DNA of 64,000 nucleotides from a virus (Duplodnaviria > Caudoviricetes): positions 1-64,000 of the IMG/VR virus record IMGVR_UViG_3300042860_004240; one strand, 5' to 3'. The notes below the pieces were generated by a model. That model did no database searches. It saw only the letters and a program-made list of their open reading frames with translations, and was not told the origin of the DNA. A program made the translations under genes and the position numbers. Shown here in pieces: positions 15,723 through 25,605 of this stretch. Numbering within the stretch: position 1 is the first letter of the stretch; every line of letters starts with the position of its first letter.

Positions 15723-17411
15723 ATGATAGTTTTACGCCCATATCAAACCGAAGCATTAGAAGCAGTATTGTCTTCTGAAGCTAAAGGTATTAACAAGCAA
15801 CTTATTGTCTTGCCAACTGGTGCGGGAAAAACTGTTATCTTTAGCCATCTTCCAATAATTCGCAAAGAATCAACTCCTATGTTAGTGATTGCTCATAGAG
15901 CAGAACTATTACACCAAGCTAAAAACAAAATTCAACAAATGAATCCTAATTTAATTGTTGAAATTGAACAAGCCCAAAACATAGCTGGCAAAGTAGACGT
16001 AGTCGTTGCTTCTGTCCCAACTATGGGTAGAGCAAATTCTGATAGAATTGAGAAGTTTCCTAAAGATTACTTTAAAACTATTATTATTGACGAAGCTCAC
16101 CACGCAGCTGCTCCAACCTATAGAAGAATTGTTGATTATTTTCAACCTAATCTTATCCTTGGTGTTACTGCTACCCCTCAAAGATCTGACTCTACTAGAC
16201 TAATCGATGTCTTCCAAGAAATTGTTTATTATAAAACTATTGAAGACTTGATTAAACAAGGCTGGTTAACTAGACTTGTAGGGTATAGAATTAAAACTGA
16301 AACTGATCTTACAGAAATAGAGGTAAGCGATGGCGACTTTGTTCAATCGCAATTACAAGATGCTGTTAATAATCCTAACCGCAATGCTAGCATTGTGGCT
16401 GCTTATCAGCAAATATGTCAAGAAAGAAAAACCCTTGTCTTCGCTGCCGGCGTACAACACGCCAAAGACTTGGCCTTATCCTTTACGAAGAATTCAATAG
16501 TAACTGAAGTTATATTAGGCGAAACCCCTGATGAAGAACGATCAACTATATTACAAAAATTTCGTAACAATGAAATTAAAGTTCTTATAAATGTTGGAGT
16601 TCTTACTGAAGGCTTTGATGAACCATCTGTTCAAGCAATAATTCTTGCTAGACCAACTAAGTCTACATTGCTTTATACCCAAGTTGTAGGTCGTGGCACA
16701 CGCCTTGACGAAGGTAAAGACAATTGTCTTATTATAGATATATCTGATACTACTAAAGGTAAAAAGCCTATTGGCTTACCTACTCTTTTAGGCCTTCCTC
16801 CTGATTTTGACCTTAATGGTCAAGATCTTGTAGATGTAGCTGAAGAATACAAAGCACTTGAGTACTTGTCTCCTACTAGAGCAATGCAATGTCTTTCTTC
16901 TGAAGATATTAACCTTCAATACAAACAGGTTAATTTATTTATGCCTGTTCCTCCAAACAAAGTTGTACTTCAATATTCTAAACTTATTTGGTCAGAAATT
17001 TCTGATAACTTATATCGTTTAACTATTAACAATCATGAATCATTGTCTATTTATCAAGATACTCTTGGGAGATGGACTGTTGAATATTATGATGTTGATA
17101 AAAAATATAAACAAATATTAGGCTATCAAAATGATATGAGACAAGCCTTTGTATCATCTGATGTTTGGATCCAAGACAACAGATCTTCAGCTTTAGCGTT
17201 ACTTGATTCTAATGCTGCTTGGAGAGCTGATGGCCCCACCCCTGCTCAAACTAAGTTTTTAAAAAGCCGAGGCATTGCTATCACACCAGAAATGACTAAA
17301 GGCTTTGCTTCACAAATAATCTCTAATATCATTGAAAATGATCCTCAAGAAAAAAAGAAAGCCGAACAAAGAGCTTATTGGAAAAATAAAAATTCTAATA
17401 AGCGTTGGTAA
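15723..17411 (+). CDS. SF2 DEAH helicase (IRC3/YejH-like)
   Basis: LRPYQ, PTGAGKT, DEAHH, TATP, EGFDEP, QVVGRGTR. Confidence 0.95.
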   Translation: MIVLRPYQTEALEAVLSSEAKGINKQLIVLPTGAGKTVIFSHLPIIRKESTPMLVIAHRAELLHQAKNKIQQMNPNLIVEIEQAQNIAGKVDVVVASVPTMGRANSDRIEKFPKDYFKTIIIDEAHHAAAPTYRRIVDYFQPNLILGVTATPQRSDSTRLIDVFQEIVYYKTIEDLIKQGWLTRLVGYRIKTETDLTEIEVSDGDFVQSQLQDAVNNPNRNASIVAAYQQICQERKTLVFAAGVQHAKDLALSFTKNSIVTEVILGETPDEERSTILQKFRNNEIKVLINVGVLTEGFDEPSVQAIILARPTKSTLLYTQVVGRGTRLDEGKDNCLIIDISDTTKGKKPIGLPTLLGLPPDFDLNGQDLVDVAEEYKALEYLSPTRAMQCLSSEDINLQYKQVNLFMPVPPNKVVLQYSKLIWSEISDNLYRLTINNHESLSIYQDTLGRWTVEYYDVDKKYKQILGYQNDMRQAFVSSDVWIQDNRSSALALLDSNAAWRADGPTPAQTKFLKSRGIAITPEMTKGFASQIISNIIENDPQEKKKAEQRAYWKNKNSNKRW

Positions 17412-17427
17412 TAAAATACTATAATAT

Positions 17428-19092
17428 ATGATAGGATACATCATGACAACCAAATATAAAACATTTAAACTAGGACTAGCAGCTTCTGTTATTCCTACGT
17501 TTTTAATGTTAACTCCCCTTACTGTGCCTATTTCGTCTGCAGCACAAGACGATGGATCTTCTCAAATTGTTCAATACAATTCCAAAAAAGATTTCAACAA
17601 AAACACTCGTAAACGTTCTAGAACATTTACTTACAATGATGTACAATCAAAACCTGATCCACTAGTTGCTACTGCTACAGAACCTGTAAAGTTTAGCACT
17701 ACTTTAGATGTTTCTACTTCTAAAATATCTGCTAACATTCCTTACGACCTTGGATACCAAGGCGAAGATGTTTACGTTGCCGTCATCGACACAGGCGTTG
17801 AATCTGCTCATCCATTTCTTCAGAACAGAGTTGCTTTAGAAGCTTGCTTTTCTGATCAATGTCCTGATGGAACCGAAGAACAATATGGTCCTGGTTCAGC
17901 TAGACCAGTTCACTGGCATGGTACCCATGTTGCCGGCATTGTTGCTGGTTACAATTCCACATTTCGTGGTGTTGCACCAAAAGTAAAAATCATTGCTATT
18001 AATGTTTTTGATCCTTATGGTGGAGCTTACGATGAAAGCATTATTAAAGCTTTAGAATATGTTTATTCAATAGCTGATACTTATAATATTGCTTCTGTTA
18101 ATATGTCACTTGGCAGTTCAAGAATATTTAAAGCTACTTGCGACGATTATATTCCTGCTATGACTACAGCTATTAAAAACTTAAAATCTAAAAACATTGC
18201 TACTGTTGTAGCTAGTGGTAATTCTTATGCTGTTGGTATGAGCGCTCCTGCTTGTATCAGCGATTCTGTAAGTGTTGCTGCTACTTCAAGCTGGACTGAC
18301 AAAGTTACTGAGTTCTCTAATGTATCTCAGTATACAACTTTGTCTGCCCCAGGATTAACTATCAAATCCTCTAAGCTTATGGGAGCTTATGCCACTGCTT
18401 CTGGGACATCTATGGCTGCTCCACACGTTGCTGGAGCTTACGCCGTATATCGTTCTAAGTTTGGACTTCAAACAGTTTCTAAAGTAACTTCTGATTTCCA
18501 ATCTGCTTCTGTACCAGCACTCGATGAGTACAGCAGTATCATTACTAAAAGAATTGATTTTAAAAAAATATTTGATCCAAATTATGTTGCACCTCCTGTA
18601 ACTACTACAATTCCTCAAACCACTACTACCACTACACCACCTGTTGTTACAACCTCTACGACTGTTGCACCTAGCCCTACAACTACTATTCCATCACAAT
18701 CAACAACTACTACTAGCTTACCTGTAACTAGTACAACATCTCCAGTAGTCACTACAACAACAGTACCATCTCCAACTACTACAGTTGTTACAACCTATAT
18801 CAATCCTCCTTCTATTAATAGAATTGTTCAAATCAATTCTTCTACCTTTGGAATAACTTTAAGATATTATACTTATAATAACGCTAAACCATCATCTATT
18901 AATGTATACTGTTACGCTTACGACGATTCAACTGATATAACTTATCAAGTTTCGTTTCCATATACTTCAGGAAATTTGTTAAACTATCAATTCATTTCTG
19001 ATTCTACTATGGTAAAATATTGTAGAGCAAACGCAGTTTCTTCTAACAATGTCATGAGTAGATATACCCAATATATTGGAGTAACAAAATGA
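17428..19092 (+). CDS. Secreted S8 subtilase with Thr/Pro-rich linker
   Basis: VAVIDTG, HGTHVAG, SGN, SGTSMAAPHVAG; N-terminal signal. Confidence 0.95.
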   Translation: MIGYIMTTKYKTFKLGLAASVIPTFLMLTPLTVPISSAAQDDGSSQIVQYNSKKDFNKNTRKRSRTFTYNDVQSKPDPLVATATEPVKFSTTLDVSTSKISANIPYDLGYQGEDVYVAVIDTGVESAHPFLQNRVALEACFSDQCPDGTEEQYGPGSARPVHWHGTHVAGIVAGYNSTFRGVAPKVKIIAINVFDPYGGAYDESIIKALEYVYSIADTYNIASVNMSLGSSRIFKATCDDYIPAMTTAIKNLKSKNIATVVASGNSYAVGMSAPACISDSVSVAATSSWTDKVTEFSNVSQYTTLSAPGLTIKSSKLMGAYATASGTSMAAPHVAGAYAVYRSKFGLQTVSKVTSDFQSASVPALDEYSSIITKRIDFKKIFDPNYVAPPVTTTIPQTTTTTTPPVVTTSTTVAPSPTTTIPSQSTTTTSLPVTSTTSPVVTTTTVPSPTTTVVTTYINPPSINRIVQINSSTFGITLRYYTYNNAKPSSINVYCYAYDDSTDITYQVSFPYTSGNLLNYQFISDSTMVKYCRANAVSSNNVMSRYTQYIGVTK

Positions 19093-19212
19093 ATAATATA
19101 GATGTTTCAGATCCTCGATATATGATACATCCAACTTTAACTCCTGATTTATATCGGAACCCTTACAAAAACTAGAACACTGTACATCCCTGCAGGCACT
19201 ACGCCTGAAGTT

Positions 19213-19539
19213 ATGTACAATAGTCCAGATCAACTTATCTCATATGTTTTTAAAGAAGGTCTTTACGAATATATACAATTAGATAAATACGCCCATGCTT
19301 TAGTTGATGCTAAAGCATTTGACAAATCTTTGCCAATAAACTATTTAGCTTCTTATTATTTTAGAAATAATTTTAAAATATATGAAATTAATGCCCGTGT
19401 TCTTGGCCCTGTTTTATTGTTTGGTTCACTTGACCACAATAAAAAAATAGACTATAAACATCATTCAATACCAATTGATTACATCACTTATGTATTGAAA
19501 ATACCATATCTGCCTTATACAAATGCAGAAAAACCATAA
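19213..19539 (+). CDS. Hypothetical protein
   Basis: ORF in run; start uncertain. Confidence 0.5.
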   Translation: MYNSPDQLISYVFKEGLYEYIQLDKYAHALVDAKAFDKSLPINYLASYYFRNNFKIYEINARVLGPVLLFGSLDHNKKIDYKHHSIPIDYITYVLKIPYLPYTNAEKP

Positions 19540-19556
19540 CAACGAAAGGTTATACT

Positions 19557-19766
19557 ATGATAGGAATTATCATTGGAGACAAAGTTGAACATACCGTTTA
19601 CTTAAACAATATTCAACGCGCTCTCAAAACTAACAACTTACAAGAAACTAAATTATCAGAACAGGAAATTAGCAGCATGTCTGCTTGGGTTTCTGAAATG
19701 CTAGAAACTATCAATATGATACAATTGAATGATACTGTAAATCATTCAGAAAATGTGGGTGCTTAA
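19557..19766 (+). CDS. Hypothetical protein
   Basis: RBS GAAAGG. Confidence 0.6.
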   Translation: MIGIIIGDKVEHTVYLNNIQRALKTNNLQETKLSEQEISSMSAWVSEMLETINMIQLNDTVNHSENVGA

Positions 19767-19776
19767 CTATTCCTAT

Positions 19777-19867
19777 GCCCAAGTGGCGGAATAGGTAGAC
19801 GCAAGGGGCTTAAACCCCCTCGATTAGTCAAACAATCGTACCGGTTCGAGTCCGGTCTTGGGCACCA
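19777..19867 (+). tRNA. tRNA-Leu(UAA)
   Basis: GCCCAAG/CTTGGGC acceptor, AGGGG-CTTAAAC-CCCCT anticodon arm, long variable arm, GGTTCGAGTCC, encoded CCA. Confidence 0.95.
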
Positions 19868-19927
19868 CATACTATAATATAAATCTAAATTTGTTATTCT
19901 TATATAAAGGAAGATTTATGGATTCAA

Positions 19928-20239
19928 ATGACTATAGATAAAAACCCTGAATTTATGAATTTATCTTGGCAAGATCGAGCAATTTGTAAAAACAAATCTG
20001 ATCTTTTTTTTGGTTCGTACAACGAAAGAACTACTGCTAAAATAAAAAGAGAACAAGAAGCTAAAAAGCTTTGCGATGTTTGCCCTGTCTTAACTCAATG
20101 TAGAACGCATGCTCGTACCCATTCAGAATATGGGTTTTGGGGTGGAGAATCTGAAGAAGAACGATATACTTCTGGATATAAGATATCCAACCCAACAGTC
20201 CGTAGAAGAATCAATAAACTTAATTCATCTAAGGATTAA
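19928..20239 (+). CDS. whiB: WhiB-family Fe-S transcription regulator
   Basis: WQDRAIC..FF..AK.LC.VCPV..QC..GFWGG.SE.ER. Confidence 0.92.
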   Translation: MTIDKNPEFMNLSWQDRAICKNKSDLFFGSYNERTTAKIKREQEAKKLCDVCPVLTQCRTHARTHSEYGFWGGESEEERYTSGYKISNPTVRRRINKLNSSKD

Positions 20240-20573
20240 CATGAAAAAGCTTGTCTTATTTCTAATAACTACTGTATCTGCATTTATGCTTTATTTAAAA
20301 TATAAAGCTATATCAGATCACCCTTATGATATAGATATGTACGAATAAAAACTATCAAAATTTTTTAATGAAAGAAATTCCATGCTCCTTTACGTAATCA
20401 TTTTTATCGGTGCCCTATGGGGTACTTTTACTCTTATCGGAATAAACGAAGAAGATAAAGAAATTCAAGAAATGGTTCAATCTGCTCGCAAAGCAACTAT
20501 GCCATCTCATGGCTCAGAATGATTTAACTCTAATATATAATACAAAAAACAACACAGAAAAGAACAACCAAAC

Positions 20574-20774
20574 ATGAATTATGGTACAGTAAAATTTTTT
20601 AACGACGAAAAAGGCTTTGGCTTTATTGCCGTTGAAAATGGCGAAGATATCTTTGTCCACTTCTCAAATATTGAAGGAACCGGCAGACGCTCACTGGCTG
20701 CTGGTCAAGAAGTAGAATTTGAGATTGGTCAAGGCCAAAAAGGTCTTGAAGCTAAAAACGTTAAACCAGTATAA
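20574..20774 (+). CDS. cspA: Cold-shock protein
   Basis: [24 protein letters not shown]. Confidence 0.95.
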   Translation: MNYGTVKFFNDEKGFGFIAVENGEDIFVHFSNIEGTGRRSLAAGQEVEFEIGQGQKGLEAKNVKPV

Positions 20775-21035
20775 GCTTTACTATAAGTACTAAAGGGGAA
20801 TAATAACATGCAAAAGAATCATTTATCTATAGCTACTTCTTTAGTCGACAAAGCAATTTCTGAAATTTCTTCAAGAAACCTTGTTTCTTCTTCTGAAATG
20901 ACGGATCTATTATTAGATATCCGTTTAGAAATTATGCTATTCCAAGAAACTAATTTATCTAAAGTTTAGTTTTTGTCCGATAATGTCATACAGTGATATG
21001 CCTCGGATAGAAACTATTACTAAAAAGGAAACACA

Positions 21036-21236
21036 ATGAAAGTTAAATTTACTATTGAAATCCACGCTGACATTCCAGGTGAATTTCAAAACGATGCTTT
21101 AGCAGTTACTTTACTGCAAGAAGAAATTGATGAATTACTGTCAATTGGTGCTGAATACGAAAAAGAAGATCAACCTTCAGTTATGTTTGAATCAGCTAAG
21201 ATTAAAACTTACTTTCCTGGAGCAGGAAAACTTTAA
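21036..21236 (+). CDS. Hypothetical protein
   Basis: RBS AAAGGA. Confidence 0.65.
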   Translation: MKVKFTIEIHADIPGEFQNDALAVTLLQEEIDELLSIGAEYEKEDQPSVMFESAKIKTYFPGAGKL

Positions 21237-21241
21237 CTTTT

Positions 21242-21517
21242 ATGCAACATTTACCTAGTGATTTTACAGCAAACGTATTAATGACTTACGACCAAATGCT
21301 TGAAGTCCACAAAGCAATTAGCGCTAAAATTATGAACATAATTACTACAGGATTTGAAAACGAAATTGATGATCCTTATTCTCAACTTCGCATTAGCACG
21401 TTAATGAATTTTCAAATTAAATTAGATGCTCTTATTACTCAAGCAGTAGATGAGTGGGAACAAAAAGTTGCAAAAGCTGAAATACAAGATCTCAATTATT
21501 TTGATTTTGAAGAATAA
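21242..21517 (+). CDS. Hypothetical protein
   Basis: ORF in run. Confidence 0.65.
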   Translation: MQHLPSDFTANVLMTYDQMLEVHKAISAKIMNIITTGFENEIDDPYSQLRISTLMNFQIKLDALITQAVDEWEQKVAKAEIQDLNYFDFEE

Positions 21518-21541
21518 CTATAAAATTAATTAAGGATTAAG

Positions 21542-22306
21542 ATGAATGAGTTATCAATTCAAATAAAAAACTTAACAAAAAAATTTGCTCCAGGCTATTA
21601 TCAATCTATAGATGTTGATGAAGGCTGGTATCAAATTGTTTTAGATTGTGATAAAGAATTATCATCTATCGATCCAGATTATATTATTCTTCAAGTTAAA
21701 CAAAAGTTTGGTGGATTGCGCTATTATTGTCAATCATCACAACCAGACAACCCTGAATTGTTTGCACAAATTAATTCAGTAATTAAAAAGTATGAAAACA
21801 TTGCAGCAGTTACTTGCGAAGTTACTGGCAATCCTGGTGTCTTAATGAAATCCGAAACTGGATGGCATAAGACGCTTGACCCCTTATGGGCTGAAAGTGC
21901 ATTATTCCATAAGAACTATACTGTAGTTGATAAAACTCCGTTAGCCAATCTTCAGCCAGACTTTGATATTCAAAAATTCAAAAAAATTGCCGATAACTGG
22001 AGAAAAACAGCTATCGCACTTGCTACAGATTTAGGCAACCCCGATATTGCTATAGATCTTTATGAAGATATCCAAAGCGGATTGTATGACACAATTCGCG
22101 AAAGAATGATACCTAATACTAATGTATCAAATGCTTTTGATGGTTTGCATGATTATGCAATGTTATTATCTACAAAAGCAGGCGAAGCTCAAGAACTTAG
22201 AGTAGCAGCAGAAGATTCCAGCGATGCTGAAAACACTTATTATTGGGAAGGCTATGAAGCAGCATTAGACTTTGCTATAGACTCATTGCCCAATTACAAT
22301 AACTAA
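21542..22306 (+). CDS. Conserved phage hypothetical protein
   Basis: GW...QVKQKFGGLRYY...TCEVTG.PG, a common phage family pattern. Confidence 0.75.
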   Translation: MNELSIQIKNLTKKFAPGYYQSIDVDEGWYQIVLDCDKELSSIDPDYIILQVKQKFGGLRYYCQSSQPDNPELFAQINSVIKKYENIAAVTCEVTGNPGVLMKSETGWHKTLDPLWAESALFHKNYTVVDKTPLANLQPDFDIQKFKKIADNWRKTAIALATDLGNPDIAIDLYEDIQSGLYDTIRERMIPNTNVSNAFDGLHDYAMLLSTKAGEAQELRVAAEDSSDAENTYYWEGYEAALDFAIDSLPNYNN

Positions 22307-22311
22307 TCTAA

Positions 22312-22384
22312 GGGCCGGTAGCTCAGTGGTTAGAGCAGGGGACTCATAATCCCTTGGCCGTGGGTTCGATCCCCACTCGGCCCA
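22312..22384 (+). tRNA. tRNA(CAU), probably Ile2 (lysidine type)
   Basis: TAGCTCAGTGGTTAGAGCAG.GACTCATAATC body resembles bacterial ileX-type tRNAs; no initiator C1:A72 mismatch; no CCA. Confidence 0.88.
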
Positions 22385-22414
22385 CTACACCTATTGCATA
22401 AAGGAGAAAAAATA

Positions 22415-22603
22415 ATGACTCAACCAAAATGGAACGACAAAGATGAAAATGGTGGTTATACTTATTTTTATATGCACCACGAAGTAAATGATCATGGCGA
22501 AACTGAAGAAGACGCTGTAGCTATTCTTACTAAATACTTTGGTCCTGAACCAACTATAGAAGATTCTGATCTTGAAGATAGATGGTGGCAGGCCATAAGA
22601 TGA
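22415..22603 (+). CDS. Hypothetical protein
   Basis: ATG after AAAGGAG. Confidence 0.6.
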   Translation: MTQPKWNDKDENGGYTYFYMHHEVNDHGETEEDAVAILTKYFGPEPTIEDSDLEDRWWQAIR

Positions 22604-22773
22604 ACACAGCCCAACCTGAACAACAACCTTATATCAAACAGATGCCTAAAGGGGAATGCACTTATTGTGATTTAGAATACGATAAGCCTACTGGCTTTTT
22701 CCCCTCTCACACAGCTTCCCCTAACTGCCGATCAGGCAATCATAACCATTGCACTTGTGATACTTGCTTTTAA
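22600..22773 (+). CDS. Small Cys/His-rich protein
   Basis: CTYC...PSH..S..C.SG..NHCTCDTCF; ATGA overlap with previous gene. Confidence 0.65.
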   Translation: MNTAQPEQQPYIKQMPKGECTYCDLEYDKPTGFFPSHTASPNCRSGNHNHCTCDTCF

Positions 22774-22791
22774 AAACTACTAAAGGAAACC

Positions 22792-23043
22792 ATGAAACTT
22801 CAAACCATAGAACTTCCTCTTAATCCTGAAAACTATTATGGACATTCTATAGCTATAAATAATCTTAAAGTAAACGATGTAATTTATTTAGGTAATAACA
22901 AAAATGCTACTTTGCATTTAGTTACTGATATTACTTGGAATGAATCCGGTTGGTACGAAGTATTAGCAGATCCTAATATTAAAATAATTGCTCCACCTAA
23001 CACTCGTGTTAATTTAGCTAGAAATGTAATTAATGCTCTCTAA
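22792..23043 (+). CDS. Hypothetical protein
   Basis: RBS AAAGGA. Confidence 0.6.
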   Translation: MKLQTIELPLNPENYYGHSIAINNLKVNDVIYLGNNKNATLHLVTDITWNESGWYEVLADPNIKIIAPPNTRVNLARNVINAL

Positions 23044-23151
23044 TTATTTTGACTTAATATCTATTGCTCTTAAAGAATCTTATTTTATGAGAATCTTTTT
23101 TGTAGCTATTATTTCTTATTTTTACTTCTCCTTTAAAGGTGCTAAAAAAAT

Positions 23152-23379
23152 ATGATAACTAAAGTAATATACTTTTTTAAATCTTTATTTAATAAACCTT
23201 CTAACTTGCTTGATTGTTCTAAACAATATTGTGCTGACCCAGATAACCCAGATGCCTTATATTGGGAAGACGAAGATTCTAGAGGTTTAACTTGCGGTCG
23301 TTGTAATCAAATTATTAGTTTTGAAACTTATAATCAAAACGGCTCAACTGAATATTATATGAAAGAATTTAAAAATTAG
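23152..23379 (+). CDS. Hypothetical protein with Cys motifs
   Basis: CSKQYC, CGRC. Confidence 0.55.
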   Translation: MITKVIYFFKSLFNKPSNLLDCSKQYCADPDNPDALYWEDEDSRGLTCGRCNQIISFETYNQNGSTEYYMKEFKN

Positions 23380-23390
23380 GAGATAACATT

Positions 23391-23876
23391 ATGGGTATGG
23401 ACGTATATGGACGTAATCCTGAAAACGAAAAAGGCGAATACTTTAGAAACAATGTTTGGTGGTGGCGACCACTTTGGATGTATGTTGAAGACACTTTCCC
23501 TGAAATAGCTAAACTTGTTCCAAACGCTCATACCAATGATGGCGATGGACTTGGCAAAAAGCATTCTGTTATGTTAGCTAAAAAAATAAAAGCTAATATT
23601 AAATCTGGTCAAGTCAAACAATACGAAAAAGAATACACAGAAGCTATTGAAGCACTCCCTATGGAAGACTGTGAATATTGTTCTACCACTGGTCAAAGAA
23701 CTTGGGAAGCAAACTCCTCTAATAATCCTACTGATGAACCCATTCAAAAAGTATGCAATGCTTGTAATGGTTTAGGTAAGACAAAAACTTGGGCTGCTAA
23801 TTATCCATTTAGCGAAGAAAATGTAATTGAATTTGCAGAGTTTCTATTATACTCTGGCGGTTTTAGAATATGTTAG
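23391..23876 (+). CDS. Conserved phage protein with DnaJ-like zinc ribbon
   Basis: MGMDVYG..YFRNNVWWWRPLW; CEYC..TG, CNACNG.G; SGGFRIC. Confidence 0.8.
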   Translation: MGMDVYGRNPENEKGEYFRNNVWWWRPLWMYVEDTFPEIAKLVPNAHTNDGDGLGKKHSVMLAKKIKANIKSGQVKQYEKEYTEAIEALPMEDCEYCSTTGQRTWEANSSNNPTDEPIQKVCNACNGLGKTKTWAANYPFSEENVIEFAEFLLYSGGFRIC

Positions 23877-23910
23877 TATACTTTTATAATTCAATATAGA
23901 AAGGCTTTTT

Positions 23911-24276
23911 ATGCCACCTCTTAAAAACCAAAACAAAGTAGCGGTTAAAGATAACCGTACACCAGAAGAAATTGCTATTCAATCAGCAATTACTTCTCAT
24001 TACAATATTCTTACTCCTATGTACAAAGCTCAAAACATTCGCATTACTAGTCCTCTAACAAAAAAAGATCATCTTTTCAGCGTTACAGATACAAAGTTTT
24101 TCGAAATGTTTTATGAACTTTCTCAACTAGGTTTAAAAGATAAGCTCTTTGATGAACTTGAAACTTTTATAGTTAAGATAGATCCTGATTGGCAATCAGT
24201 TTATTCTGATATGGTTCAATACTTTGAATCAATGGACGGAACTAATGAAATTGCTCAAGACTCTAGTATATCGTAA
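23911..24276 (+). CDS. Hypothetical protein
   Basis: RBS GAAAGG. Confidence 0.65.
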   Translation: MPPLKNQNKVAVKDNRTPEEIAIQSAITSHYNILTPMYKAQNIRITSPLTKKDHLFSVTDTKFFEMFYELSQLGLKDKLFDELETFIVKIDPDWQSVYSDMVQYFESMDGTNEIAQDSSIS

Positions 24277-24368
24277 TATAGAACACGCTGAGCAACGTCA
24301 AAAAGAAGTTCCTGAAAATGATGAACATTCCTATAGATATTGGGATGGTTATATCAGCGCTTTAAAAT

Positions 24369-24545
24369 CTATCGTCCATGTTTTACCAGATGATCAGGAT
24401 CTTTAATTCTGTCCCAATACATTACAGCGTGCATTTGCTTGTACTCTATATTGTCGTATCCATATTCATATGATTCTACTGCTTTCATCAAGCCCTTGTG
24501 AATCAAAATTATTATTGTTGTTAAAATTATAAGTGCTATTATCAT
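24369..24545 (-). CDS. Small membrane peptide (58 aa), below ORF-track cutoff
   Basis: MIIALIILTTIIILIHKG..; TGATACTAT extended -10 just upstream on - strand. Confidence 0.4.
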   Translation of the reverse strand: MIIALIILTTIIILIHKGLMKAVESYEYGYDNIEYKQMHAVMYWDRIKDPDHLVKHGR

Positions 24546-24648
24546 GCCTGTATAGTATCACACTATCTTATTAAGTGAACAGCTTAACTACTAGTATCTT
24601 TAAATTAGATACCACCTATCTACAATCCAAATATGGAGTTTAAATCAA

Positions 24649-25101
24649 ATGAAATCTACAAGAAATAAAACTACCAATATAGCATTTCCTTCTAACTGGG
24701 AAAATTCTTATTTAATATTTTACAATTTTAATTCAGAATCTGTAAAGGAAGTTTTATACTTTAAATCAATTACAGAAGCAACAAATAAATCAGGAACTGC
24801 TTTAGGCTTCTATGGTGTCAAAGCTTCCGCATACGGCATCAGGGTGCCCGCTAACGCCACTCATTGGTGTTTAGCTATCTTGGGTGGTTCTGCCCCAATT
24901 ATAATTATGGAGCATCCTATTGCTGACAGTATGACTCAAAATGAATATCCTTTAAATCAAGACGTTTCTGTATTCTTTAATAGGTATTCTAAAAATGTTA
25001 AATTTATGATTGGTTCTAGCAATTATTCTAGATCAAAAACTAAAATACAAAATCTTCCAAATTATGATATAATAAACGATCTTCTTAATCAAGAAAGTTA
25101 A
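24649..25101 (+). CDS. Hypothetical protein
   Basis: RBS GGAG. Confidence 0.65.
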   Translation: MKSTRNKTTNIAFPSNWENSYLIFYNFNSESVKEVLYFKSITEATNKSGTALGFYGVKASAYGIRVPANATHWCLAILGGSAPIIIMEHPIADSMTQNEYPLNQDVSVFFNRYSKNVKFMIGSSNYSRSKTKIQNLPNYDIINDLLNQES

Positions 25102-25156
25102 CAATCATGTTATTATTTTCCAGCCTTTCAACTCGAATACCTACCCTGTAACATAC

Positions 25157-25232
25157 AGGGCGGTATACCCTCACTCTTATAAAGTGTTGAAAGGTTAGTC
25201 GGTCCACGTGGGTTCAATCCCCACCCGCCCTA
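25157..25232 (+). tRNA. Non-canonical tRNA-Ile(UAU) with displaced D-loop
   Basis: AGGGCGG/CCGCCCT acceptor, A discriminator, GTGGG-TTCAATC-CCCAC T arm, CACT-CTTATAA-AGTG anticodon arm; only 7 nt between acceptor and anticodon arms. Confidence 0.75.
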
Positions 25233-25254
25233 CTAACAAAATTAAGGAGCTTCT

Positions 25255-25605
25255 ATGAAAAATTATAGCCAACTTATTAAACAAATAAATGAGTCTATAA
25301 AAGAAGAAAAAAACAATATAGAATCTACTTCTGAATCTATATCTAGTTTAGTCCAAACTTCTATTAATACTTACGAACAGATTAAACTTCTTCCTAAAAG
25401 TTCTATCTCTGATCTTACTAGTATTTTTGTATTAATTGAATCTTTTTCTCAATCTATAGTTGATATATGCAACAAGTACATTGCTTCCAATGTATCTAAT
25501 CCTGACTTTGTCGATTTATTATTAAAACTTAGGAATCTTCAAAACGATCTTCTTGCTTCTTTGATTATACTAAGAAGCAATTCGGAAGAATTTAATAAGT
25601 TTTAA
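25255..25605 (+). CDS. Hypothetical helical protein
   Basis: RBS AAGGAG. Confidence 0.65.
   Translation: MKNYSQLIKQINESIKEEKNNIESTSESISSLVQTSINTYEQIKLLPKSSISDLTSIFVLIESFSQSIVDICNKYIASNVSNPDFVDLLLKLRNLQNDLLASLIILRSNSEEFNKF

Noticed and set aside
18595-18800. ACT/ACA-rich repeat
   Set aside because: Encodes the Thr/Pro linker of the subtilase; not a DNA repeat element.
22312-22384. Initiator tRNA-fMet or att site
   Set aside because: G1-C72 is paired and the body is Ile2-like; no integrase or duplicated tRNA end in the window.
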